Assembly: GCA_973851085.1 (NCBI GenBank)
Contig: OZ316776.1
Span: forward strand, 10,230,001 to 10,294,000
DNA length: 64,000 nt
Direction of reading: 5' to 3'
From: Ptychomitrium polyphyllum
Taxonomy: Eukaryota
The position numbers were made by a program, and so were the translations under genes. How positions within the stretch are numbered: the first letter of the stretch is position 1; each line of letters begins with the position of its first letter. The notes under the pieces are model-generated. The model did not search any database and had not been told where the DNA came from. It saw only the letters and a program-made list of their open reading frames with translations. This document shows positions 1 to 11,846 of this stretch, one piece after another.

Positions 1-786
1 ACATATTATATTTAGAAGAATACATCTATATAAAGTTATAAATAAGTTGATAGATTAATAAATAATTGAATAACTAAATAAGTGGTGGACGTGTTGAAGA
101 TGGTGGATATATAATACATATTTGGTATAAAACTTGAATTCTTAACAAAATTAAAAAAATTGATTTAAAAAATATTAAAGTCTATAATTGTTATATAAAT
201 AATTGAATATTTATACTATTAATGTTATTATTATTTTCAATCATAAATATCCTATTGTTATTGCTATTGTTTTAATTGCTAACATTTTTATTATTTTTAT
301 TGTTAGCATTATTTTCTAGCTTTGTCATTAAAATATAAATGAGAAAAGAAATTTAAATTCTTTTTAAAAAACAAAAAACAAAAAAACAAAAAATTAAATT
401 GAAATTGACAAATAAATACAACTACACATGTAATTAATTCTCACTATAATAGAAAATAAATCATTTATTTAGAAATGTAGAACATTCTATGTTTCTTGAA
501 AATCAAAAATAAAATTATTGCTATAAATCATTTGCAAAAAAATATTACCATCTATATTTATCAAAAAAGTCCTCCATCATATTTACAATGTACAAATGTT
601 CTTGAAAAAAATGTCAATTATCTAAAAAGTTTATTCATTAATGAAATGACAAGGATGTCCAAATTTATGGCCATGACTCACTTTGAATTAAAGCTAATTT
701 TTCTAAATTTGGCTTTCTAAATCTCATTACAAAGTCCAAATTTAATATGATATTGTCATATAGGTTTACATTTTTTTTATTATACT

Positions 787-1388
787 TGTTACAAATATAG
801 ATAATGCAATATGGTCCTTAGAATATTTTGGAACCATATGGTATATTATAGATGTTTCTTATAATACTTTCAAATGTCTCCATAGCCTTTCTATGTTCTT
901 GGGAAGCTTCCTAGGAAAGTTCTTTCACTTTATGAAATTTCCTAAGAAGGTTCCATCATTCCAAGAAACTTCCTAGGAAGGCTCTATCACCTCAGGAAAC
1001 TTCCTAAGAAAGTTCCACCACCTCAGGAGATTTCTAAGGAAGGTTCTAAAATTTTGAAAAATTTCCAAGGAAGGTTCCAATTCCTTGGAAGTTTCTTAGG
1101 AAGGTTCCGATATTTTATGAAACTTCTTGGAAAGGTTCTCTAGACTTCTAAAATATTATTAAGCCTTATAGGAAGCTTATTTAAGTGTATCCTAAGAGAT
1201 ACAAGCGTCATTGTATAAATAGGAGGCAAGACAAGGTATTCTTTAGTCTTGCTAACACAAGTTGTGGATCATGTTGAATCCTCCCTTGTTCTAGTCTTTG
1301 TATCAAGTTCTTGTTAATCATTAGTTCTGTGGACGCTAATTCTTTGGAAACACTTCGTTTCTACTTCTTGTTTTTTGTGTCCCTAACA
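787..1388 (+). mobile_element. Solo LTR (Gypsy-type, RLG1-like family), degenerate copy 1
   Basis: Starts TGTTAC, ends CCCTAACA. Co-linear with the copies at 1580, 30546 and 31200: shared ~30-bp AGGAAACTTCCTAGGAAGGTTCC subrepeats and a TATAAATAGGAGGCAAGACA block at 1214. No PBS or internal domain follows. Flanks ATACT/AAACC match only 3/5. The family name is from recollection, not a search. Confidence 0.8.
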
Positions 1389-1579
1389 AAACCAACTTCG
1401 CTCAAAACTTGTCCTTATCAAATCAAATAGATGAATAAATGAGTTCATTATGATTTTTGTAATAGATAAGTTTGTATAAAAAATAAATAGTTTCTGGTTT
1501 TTTTAATTTATAATTTACCTTTAATTATCCACCCTTCATAATATGATAGAAAAAAACTCTATGTGAATGTTCATGTTAC

Positions 1580-2027
1580 TATCACGGACATAGATCATGC
1601 AATATAGTCTTTAGAACCTTTTAGAACCTCTTGGCATATTAAAGTAGTTTTTAAAGATACTTTCAATGTCTCCATAGCCATTTCTACCTCTTTAGAAAAC
1701 TTCCTAACAAAGTTCCACCACCTCAAGAAACTTTTTAGGAAGATTCCAACATCTTGAGAAATCTCTAGGAAAGGTTCCATAGTCTTTTAGAACATTCTTA
1801 AACCTAGTAGGAAGTTTCTTTAAAAGTATATTAGGAAATACAAGCGTCATAGTATAAATAGGAGGCAAGACAAGGTATTCTTTAGTCTTGCCAATACTAG
1901 TTGTGGATCATATTGTATCCTGCCTTTGCTTTAGCCTTTGTATCAATTTTTCTTAATCATTAGTTTTGTGGAAGCTAATTCTTGGATAACATTTTGTTTA
2001 TGCTTTTTATTTCTTGTATCCGTAATA
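1580..2027 (+). mobile_element. Solo LTR copy 2 (448 bp) with perfect 5-bp TSD GTTAC
   Basis: GTTAC at 1575-1579 and 2028-2032 flank a copy homologous to the other LTRs (termini decayed to TATCACGG...CGTAATA). TATAAATAGGAGGC at 1853. It has fewer internal subrepeats than the other copies. Confidence 0.88.
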
Positions 2028-2580
2028 GTTACATCCCTTTCTTCCTCGCTTGAGCTCCTTTTCCTTTGTTTGTGCCTCAACCTTGCCCATACCCTTGCGC
2101 ATGCGTCCAACCAAGATTGCTAATAAGGTAGTTGCGTGGTGTACACTATGGCAAACTACGTGGACAATGTAAGTTTAAATTCACCTCATAAAAGGTCAAA
2201 CTACAATTGATTCTTATTGGCGGACACAGGGCTCATTGGATGTCCAGACGGACACACAGATGGGGGCGAATGGATAGATGGTCGGACTAGTAGACAACCC
2301 TGTTGAAGTCATGGACTCTTTAATCAACAAAATATGTGTCTTTAAACTTTATGATTTCTTTTATCTTGAACAAGGTTAAGTATAACCTTGGAGATAGAAA
2401 TCTGATAATGTGAATCAAACACAATAGAAGAGATGGTTCCAAGAGAGACGGAGGAATGAATTCAACATAGAAAAAAACAGACATAGAGATTGTTTCAGTA
2501 TAAATGAAGCGATCCCTCCATCCTAACTGTAAGCGTTCCAAATAAGACCATCACTGTATTGAGCTAATATTAATGTGGTG

Positions 2581-3530
2581 TTAGGATCCAAACACGTGGA
2601 CCAATTCTAGCAGGCACTGCAGAACCAAAAGCAAGAGCGGTGATCAGCTGAGATATTTCAAACACACAGGAGATCACAAGATTAACTTACGAGGTGCCAT
2701 GCAAATCCCCTCAAATGCACATGCCGAAAGTGCTGTGAAGCTGTCTAACACGTTTCAGCTTTTCAACCTGAATAGTACAATTTGCATGCCCATGGAAGGC
2801 TCTCATCTGAGCTGAAACGCTGGAACTGAACTGATAACAGAAATATCTACACTGTCAGCCACAATTTTCATTGTAACACAATTTCAAAAAGAATGATACA
2901 CAGTCAAGCACAATGGTTCACGTAACTGAAAAACATACACCGAAGCATTGTCGTAACTGAAACAAGAATTCAACTACTGACGACTTAAAACCTGATGCTA
3001 CAAACTGCTAATGCTGAAGAGTGCATGAGCAAGTGATAGATAGTTGGAGTGAAGCTGTAGAATGACTGCATCGCACATAAAGTATTACTTACATCCCTGT
3101 AAGTGTTAACAAAGGAGCCTCCAATCTAACACAGCTGGGTCGTAAAAGATGCTATCAGGCTTTTTGGTGTTGGAGAGACATTATAAAGAAAAAGCTTCGT
3201 CTTTGCAGCTGCCAAGTTTGCAGTTGGGTATGATTATACTCCCTTCAGCGAACTCACCATCAGTGAGAACAACAAGCACCTGCATAGAAACCCAACTGCA
3301 AGTATCAGGTAGCCTCAGGGGCGTACAGAGATCGTATGTGTTGTTAAAATAGATACCTAGAAAGCTGAATTCAAAGGTTCAGTTACACTTGATGGCATTA
3401 CCTTCGGAGTGTATTCATTGCGGTGCTTCTTTGGAATTTCTGCAAAGATTGGAGCGTCACTTTCATAGTGTTTGATTCTTGTTCACAGTCTTCCTTCCGA
3501 AGCAAATTTCGAATGCCAAAACCGCTTCAG
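2581..3530 (-). other. Candidate spliced non-coding or small-peptide transcript
   Basis: Chain of strong minus-strand splice sites: AAG|GTAATG (3402/3401), TGCAG|GTG (3279), ATG|GTGAGT (3258), ACAG|CTT (2740), CTC|GTAAGT (2691), CTGCAG|TGC (2616). No long ORF results. Confidence 0.3.
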
Positions 3531-5007
3531 TAATTCAAAGTTGAAGGTACTAGAGTTGATTGACAATGGCTCCAAATTAATACATTTGATTGAACATGCT
3601 TTGTGTTTGTACTCAAACATGTCAAATTATGTGCCTGTGTAGCACAATGGTACTGCATTCTACTTGTGTAGTTATTGATACAAAGAATTCGACCTTTGAC
3701 CTTTTCCTTGAGCATTTTTGAACACACAATTTTTTTTAATTTAACTTAAATTTTTTTTTGGATATAGTGAAGTGTTAATTTGGATTAGGTGGGTATTTGA
3801 TTTACAAATCAATACGGCCATAAATGCGCACATCTTCTTTGTTGATTAGATTCTTGGTAGAACACATTAACTACATATATTGTTAGAGTAGATTCCCTAC
3901 AATTTTCTTATTTCATTTGCTTCAACTTCCCATTTTGTGTTTTAAAAACAATTTTGAAACATCTTCTTTTTTCATCACTTAGTTTGTAAATGTATCTTAG
4001 TTTTAAATTATTAACTTTTAAATAGGTTGCAAAAAATAGAAAAACTTCTTTTCTTTAACTTTTGAATATGTTAAAAACTCATAACATTCTTTTGTAAACA
4101 TAATAGGTCCTTGAAATAAAGGAACAAAAACTTTTAAAATTTCTAATTTTGAACGTTCATAATTTTTTCATACAACATCCAAATAATTTGTTTTAAAGTA
4201 CACATAAATCCTTTTTCCTCTTAACAGAATTTACAAGAACGATTGGATACAAACATATGTGTTTTGTTAATACTAAACATGTTTAGTTGCCCTAAAGCCG
4301 CGGTCGTGGATATTTCTCCCTTGACCGTGACCCACCCCAACAATATTATGTCAGGGGTAAAACTTTTGTGAAAAGTCAGCCCTACCTCCAGAGTCCAGAG
4401 CCCTTGACCGACCTCTTTAAATTTCCCCCGCCTTACCCAACACCCATCGCCGTGGAGGACTGGCCCCGTCTCCGCGCGCCACCATTCCACAGACCTTGTT
4501 TTATGAAGAGCTCTATTTCGGGACGCATGTTCATACCCGTCATACACCTAAAACAAACATCCTCTACTAGCTACGTACACTAATATTTTAATACTATGTA
4601 GATATATGATAGATCTTGTTTGTTAAGGATATAACGACGGTTTTGGCTTTAGATCCCTTGAAGTAAACATGATTTCTCTTGCAGAAAATGATAGGCTATC
4701 CAATATTATGTATTTCGTAGATTTTGTTTTCGCGTGTATAGATACTTGATAGATACTAGAGGTTTCAGTTGCTCTTCCTACTGAGAAAGACGTCTGTGCG
4801 GAAACTAGAGAAATCTCTTGTCGCAGCAGAAATTGGTTTGTATGAGTTGCTCGAGTCGCTGTGGCGATCACGATGCTCACGATGCGCACCAGCTTTCGGC
4901 GACGTAACGCAACCTGGAGCTCGAAACGGAGCGCCTGCTGCATTGCCGCTTTCGGCGATGGCTTTGGACCAGGTTTTTGATCACTTGTGTAGGTTTTGTT
5001 TGTGAGC

Positions 5008-5015
5008 TAGGGTTT
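5008..5015 (-). promoter_or_regulatory. Telo-box (AAACCCTA) in KNL2 leader/promoter
   Basis: TAGGGTTT on the + strand about 430 bp upstream of the KNL2 ATG. Telo-boxes are common near the starts of plant proliferation genes. Confidence 0.4.
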
Positions 5016-5439
5016 CTTCTCAAGCTTGTTGAGATTCGTGGTGTTTAGAGCGCGATTCTCTTCTGGTTCCGTAAGGTTGCGGGTGAGGAGAAGGATGATC
5101 AGAGGAGCTATTAGGCTCGGGATACGGTTCCTGGTGCATTGCCGCGTTCGGCGACGTCTTTGGATGACGATTGCATAGCTTGCGCAGGTCTTATGTGCAT
5201 TTTAGCTGCGAGTCAGGATTTCAATCACAAGATTGTCGAGACTCGTGGTGTGGAGAACGGGATTCTTTTTCCTGTTTGCGTAAGGTTGTGGTTTAGGAGA
5301 GTGACGGCTAGAATTGGCTGGTTTTGCGGAGTGCAGAGGTGGGTAGTCGTGCGGTGTTGGTGGTTTTTGTTGTGGGGTTTGTGGTGAGGGATGCGATGGG
5401 CGGGTTTGGGAGGTTTTGAGGAAGAGTGAGGTTGTGGAG

Positions 5440-8400
5440 ATGTCATATCAGGCGCAGCCGGGAGCGGAAGGCTCCGAGTCTGTGCATTTTCCTCCGACGA
5501 GCAGTTTCCATGAGCATCAGGGATATTATATGGACGGGAGGATGGCGATGGCACCTCCGCTTTCGTCTGCGTCCAGGGCGTCTCTGCGAGCGCCGTTTCT
5601 GCACGACGATGGGAGAGGAGGGCCGCATTATATGCACAGTGGAGGGTTTGATCGGCCGGCGTATGAGTATGGGATGCGGAGACATAGTTGCGGGGAGCAA
5701 TTAGGGTTGCATTCCGGAACTTTGATAGAGCATCTGTTGCTGCAAGAGAATCAGAAGGCGTTACGGATGGCGAGCCTGGTGCAGTCGCAAGCCTCTGGAT
5801 GCCTCTCCGGGTGTCTTTCTTGCGGGTTGAGCGAGAAAAGATTGAGGTTTAAGGATTCTGAGGAGCGAATGATGGAGGAACAGAGATGCTACTCACGCAA
5901 TGCTGGTGAGGGGCCTTCCAGGTCTGTGAACTTGGGTGTGGAAGCGGACGCTGTGGAGTATCCTGATGGATGGTTCCGCCAACCGCCCCCTCGACAGTCG
6001 ATTGGGGGAGTTGGAGAGCGAAGTCAGACAAGGGTCTCCTTCTCTGAGGAAGAGCTCGGACGTTCGCTTTATCAGGTACATGATTGCTGCCTCGTTAATG
6101 CCTCAAATTGGAGTATCAGTATTAAGATAAGTTTTACGCTGAATCGGGATTTCTTCTCTTGTTGGTCGAGGAAGTAAAAGGCGAATTTATATTTTATTTT
6201 CATGATACAGGACGTTTTGCCTCACATATGATGGCTTAGTACCGATGCGTTTAGAGCGAGCACTTGTTGCTTTGACATTAATCATGCAGTTTTGAGTGCA
6301 TAATTGGAATGCGATTCTGCACTACGATTCAAGAGAGAACACGCTCTTACTGATTAGCGCACTAATTAACTTCAGAGTACATATTCTTGGAGGTTTGTGC
6401 ATATTGTAGAGAAGCTAGTGGATCCTGGCAACATAGACGCTATTCAAACACTATCATCACCGCACTTTTTGGGAAACCATCTGCTGTAGTGTAGGTAACG
6501 CTTGTTGAATTAGGAAGTATTTGTTAATATCTACCGAAATGCTGCTCTTCAAGGAACAAGTAACGGCTCGCTCAGCAAGAGAGGGATTTCTACGGGGAAA
6601 TATTCGTGATTTCTCAGGTCTGAAAATGTGCCTATTCGTGAATTACGATGTTCGAAAATCAAAGAGTATGATGTTGACCAGTATTTTAACAGCGGGAAAA
6701 GATATCAACGTTACAATATTAGCTGATGGTGTAAAAATTGTTCTTATGTACTAGGGGAAGCGAATGTCATATCCAGTCGCCCATCCAACGATTTCGCATT
6801 CACAAGCAAGCCACCACCTACAAGACCAACCTGTGCATTCTGTCGGGGCTGCGGAGAGCTCTGTACCAATATACGGCTTCAGTGATGCTGATGGTGGAGT
6901 TCGACAAAGGTGGTCAACTCAACGGCCGAGTCACTTAGAAAACGGTTCCAAGGGAGACGGCTGGCAGAGAGCGTCTAGATCAAGGGTTGGACCAGCAAGT
7001 TCAAGAGAACAGGTCTTTGATACCCTATGATTTTTGGTTTAAAGCATTCTTTAATAACTGTGTCCTCGGACCATTTGATCGGAGGAGAGCTGTAAGCAAC
7101 AATCCGTAATTTAGAAAGGCACAGCCAGCGCATTCTGATGGTACAGGCTTGTGTTTACCGTGTGTAACAAGGACCAAACATATTAGTGCACCTATATGAC
7201 AAGCAAGAAACTGTATTTACTTCCTTCGTGTTATGTCTGTCCTCATGGCCTCACAGGACCGCCAGTCATTGCCGGGCATAGCAGCAGGGTCATTGCCTAC
7301 GAATGTGGTCGGAAGCCCACATAGACTAGCCGGAGATTCTGCACGCCCAGCACAAAGTACACGTACAACCTCTCAAAGTCTACTTGTGTTGCCAGAAAAT
7401 TCCGTGGAACCCTCTTACCAGGACAACGCACTGCAGCAGGTGGGCACACAACGAGTGGTGACACAAGGTCCAATCTCGTTGACTAATTGGTACATCATAA
7501 AGATCCAAATTGCCGAAGTTGGCAGGTAGATACCCTTCTTCAATCCTACAGTATTGCATTTAAGAAACTCAAATTATTCGATTAGCATACTCATGAAAAG
7601 AAAATGGATAACATAATTTGTTGATTCTCTTCCTTAGTGGTTTTTCCTTCAGTGTGTAGAGTTATTTGTAAACTCAACCCTTTTCTCAACTATAGGTTCA
7701 GCTGTGATATCACCTTCTTCTTCACCTCATTTGTGCTTATGATTGGAGCACAAATTCCAACACGACATGGTTTCGTTCACCTTTGACAACTCACCTAGAA
7801 TCTAAAATCGAAAGTACTCTTTCAACAATTAAACTTTTTTTAGCATCTTGCGTGAGGAGAGGTCAGTTCACAAATAATTTTTATTTGTTGGTGATATGTG
7901 CAAACCTTCTAATTCCTAGTGTTTGTATTTCTGATCAGAATTTTGGAGACGAAAGTAGCTGTAGGGGGTCGGCTTGTACAGAATGGAGAGCACGTCAAAA
8001 CTTCTCCTATTGTGAATCGTCTGGACATTCATAAAGTTCTTACAGAGGACGGCGTGGAAGTTTCTTTGGAGGGTACTATAAATCAGGAGACTTCAACTGC
8101 AAATGGTTTTGCTCCTGGAATTGTGCAGTGTTTGTCTGCTGGTAAGTGTTATAGTAGATTAGTAGGCATTTTGTGCAGTCTGTGTTATGCAGTATACTCC
8201 ACTCTTTCTCCGTCGCTGCATTCCCGTGTAGTTATTGCGCAACATCTCATCGTGCCTGCTTGTGAATGATGGCCATATTTTCTATGATAGGTTTTCCCTA
8301 TATGTGGAAGCAATTGTTAAGGGTGCGACCTGTTGGAGAATCTTCTAGCGTGGCTGTAAGCGAGAGCCTTGGAGGCCTTCATCCAAAAGCCTCCAAGTGT

Positions 8401-11206
8401 CTCTCAGAGGACGAGAGTCAGGGTATCATGGATCGAATGGCTTCCAAGACCATTCCAGAAGGTATGCCATGTAGTTCAAGAGACTGCGAGGCTGACAGTC
8501 CGGCATGTAAGATCTCCTTATACTTTAGGGCTTCTGATTGTTTAGTTTTGTTTCTACACGTTCTTATTGCACCTTTTGATCTTTCTCACTACCTCTAATA
8601 TATTTCATTTGGTCTTGTTAGAGTGATGCGTTGTATTTTTCTCAAGTACATTTTTCATGCTAATGGCAAGGTGTTAATGGTTAATGCAGCTGCTGTGAAC
8701 GAAGAACCTTCAGTAATTCAAACTCCTGCAAACACTTCATTAGATGTAGTTGAGTCAGAAGTAGTAGTTACTACAGGGACCAGAACATCAGATGTAGTCA
8801 AGGCAGCAGTTACTGCAAAGGCCGGAATATCAGATGTGATCGAGGCAACAGATCCTGCAAGGGCCGGAACTTCAAATACAATTGAGACAGAGGTGTTGAC
8901 AACCCCGTCTACTCTGAACCCTGTTGCTCCACAAGGGGCTATCTGCGAAGAGACAGGCTGTTTGGGAGCAGTCACTTCTAGGGCTGAAGCATCAGGTGCG
9001 ATTGAGACAGAGTGCAGTCCTCAAGATGTGCCTTTGCAACAAATATCGGATGCTAGTCTAACCAGCTTGGATCCTGTACCTGCAACCGAGGCCCCTGTGT
9101 CTGTAACTGACACACCCATGCCTGTAACCGAGCCGCTGGTCGAGTTCTTGGACCCTGATTCTCTTTCTATAGAAGCTGAGAATGTTCCGACCATAGATAC
9201 GACCTTAGTTACAATTCGAAGGGGTCGCAAGAACAAGAAGGACCCTTCACAACCACCACTTCGTAGCAGTAAGCGGCTTCAACAACGTCAGTCAAGCTTG
9301 TTGGAATTTACGCCAACTATCGTAGATTCTTTAGGCCCTCCCAAGATCCAACAGGTCAAATCTGGAATTAATATTAGTACAAACAAATCTGGAGATGATG
9401 GACCTGCCCAAATTGTGCCAGATGTCAGGCAAAAGCAGACTGGACGTGAAGATTTGACGAAGCCCGAATGTGTTATTGAGGAGGTCTTGAAAGACTTGCA
9501 GCAAGCGGATACTGAAGCCGTAGATCAATGTATGCGTGTTCTTTTCTGGGTCTAAATTCAAAATTAGTGTTCCTGGTTTGGTTAGTCATGTCGGTCCTAG
9601 CATATGAATGAAGAATGGATAATTAAAATCGTAACAACTAGAGCTTAGGAGCTGGTTTTCACCTTGGGCACTTCGGTTTGCTCAGTTGGACATAGTCTGT
9701 CTCATCAATTGATTGGGAAGCCGGGAACACTGTTGTCTGATGTCAAGAATTTCATTGTTGTGGGTTGCAGGTGGATTTCCTGGCGCAAATTCCGTGGGCA
9801 TTGCGATTGATCCACAACCAACGGAAGTGGTGGATTTAGCTCAGGTTCAAGATTATTGTGAAAACTTGCTGAAAGAAATTGATGTTGTTGACAGTCCCGA
9901 GTTGGAGGGGAGAGAAAGTACCCAGGACAAGTCTGGAGGTGTGGAGATTGAAGAGGCAGTACCTGTAGCTCTTCCTTCATTGGAAAATGAGGAGTTCGAG
10001 GAGTCATCTCCTGTAACTCCTCCTGAGTTGGTCCAGAGCAAGGTACAGTCACGAATTGGTTCCCTGAGTAAACTCAGCTCTGAAGGTTTGCCATATGGAA
10101 ATCAGGAACTGGAGTTTCCTGAGTTTGGTGGCCGTATGACACGGTCTTTAAAGCGGCGGCTGAAGCTGACACCAATTACAGAGACTACAGCTCATGTCGC
10201 TCCTATCACTCGATCCTTAAAACGAAGACGAAGATTTTCTGGCTCGGCAACCCCAAGTGTGAATCCAGTTCCCAATGTAGACACCACCCACCAAGAGGAA
10301 GACCTAGATCTGGACCCAATTTCTAATCCGGTCCCTACTTACCAGAAGGAAGGTCCAAGTGTCCAGCCAGATTCTAATCCCGACACTCCTGATCAAGAGG
10401 AGGTGGACGCCTTCTATGTGAAAGTACGAGGTAAAAGCAAGAGCAGTACCGTGAAGGCTGTTAATTGTTCAAACTGCAAGCAACCATGCTCTCCTCAGGA
10501 CCTACTTGAATGTAACAGCAATGTTGTGAGATCTGAAGTAGCTCCCAAGCAGGCAGTAGAGGCAGTTCTTAAGTTGGAGCGGGTGGATTATCCTCCGTTG
10601 GCATGTCAACATACTGCGCAGACTTCTGGAAGGACTGAGCAGCTCAACACAGTCCAAACTGAAACCTGTACTATGAAACATCGACGTGACCGCTTTAAGA
10701 AAATAAAACCTGCCAATCGGTTTGTAAAGATTTTAACGTCTAGGAAATTGTTGGGAGAAGATAGAGTTAAAGAATCCAGTGGCAAGAGGTCGTTGGGAGA
10801 GGGTCCAGGTAGAAGATCCAGTGAAAGGAGATCGATGAGAGAGGATTCAGGTGTAGGATGCAGTGAAGATTTAGGAGCATCTTCAAGCAGGAGAAAATGC
10901 CGAAGGACGTCGATAATCCCCCCTCCACTGCCTCCTCCTCGTGTGCAGGACAAGAGCAAAGTTCCTGAAGCATTTGGTCTGAAAACATCTCGGTCAGGAC
11001 GGTTGTTGGTTCCTCCTCTGGCTTACTGGCGAAGTCAGTCTATTGAGTATGATAAAGACGGCGGAATTATTGCAATATTTGATGGCTTTCGAGCAAAGCC
11101 AGCCGATACTGGATGCTTCAATTTCACCCCTCCTAAAGAGAAGCATGCGAAGATGATACAGGAGAGGCTCTGCAAGGCTGCAGCAACAGTCAAGAAGCGA
11201 AAGTGA
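5440..11206 (+). CDS. KNL2: Kinetochore/centromere protein KNL2 (M18BP1 homolog), SANTA domain plus CENPC-k motif, ~1270 aa, 7 exons
   Basis: Exons 5440-6075, 6755-7012, 7257-7525, 7939-8141, 8291-8461 (or 8506), 8690-9529 and 9771-11206 join in frame with GT-AG introns. SANTA domain: ISLTNWYIIK...VAVGG...KTSPIVNRLD...TEDGVEVSLEGTIN...NGF...GFPYMWKQLL. C-terminal GLKTSRSGRLLVPPLAYWRSQSIEYD is the CENPC-k motif. Confidence 0.9.
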
Positions 11207-11846
11207 GTTGGAGCTACTGCTGAAGTGGTTGTAGATAGAGTGCACTTATTTTTTAAGAGTTCATTTGCAAATTTGAATTTGATTTCTAGGTCGTTTTCCT
11301 GTAGCTTCTGCGTCTTCCCTCTCCACTTTTTTTGTAAGATTGAGTTTATATGCTCATACAAACCATGGCCGAGGGATGGATAGAAGTTGTTCTTGATCGC
11401 TGTTGTGGACTGCTCCAGCTGCCCCACCCGGGTCATGCACTAATCTAGGTCCGAAAACGAATATCAGATACAATATGGAACTTCATGGTATTCACAAATG
11501 GTGAATTTTCAAGACACTCAATCCTGTAAGAAAGTAAAATGAATCCTGTGCTAACAGTAGGGGGAGGAGGGTTCACAGTAGCTCAACCCATTATTGCTTT
11601 TGTTGAGAACCCCTTGCACATGTTGTAGAATATCGTTAGTCTTAATGTGCACTTCGTAGGAGTTCTAGAAGCCTACTAGTTCTCTGGCTTACTACGAGTA
11701 CAAATTTCAGTTTCATGTGTCTATTTGTGTGATTAATATTTGGTCTATGCTGTCAACCTTTGCCCCTAGGCTGAATTCATAATATGGAAACATTGAGTCT
11801 GCCACACTTGTCCTAAAGGCATCGAAACGGTTTACATAAAATGAAA

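Noticed and set aside
3258..3470. vWA-like peptide PKVLVVLTDG from a spliced minus-strand frame
   Set aside because: The frame has a TGA just upstream and no start codon. The match is too short to call a domain.
4720..4960. E2F-like sites (TTTCGCGT, TTTCGGCG) in the KNL2 promoter
   Set aside because: They do not match the full TTTSSCGS consensus and are expected by chance in a CpG-rich leader.
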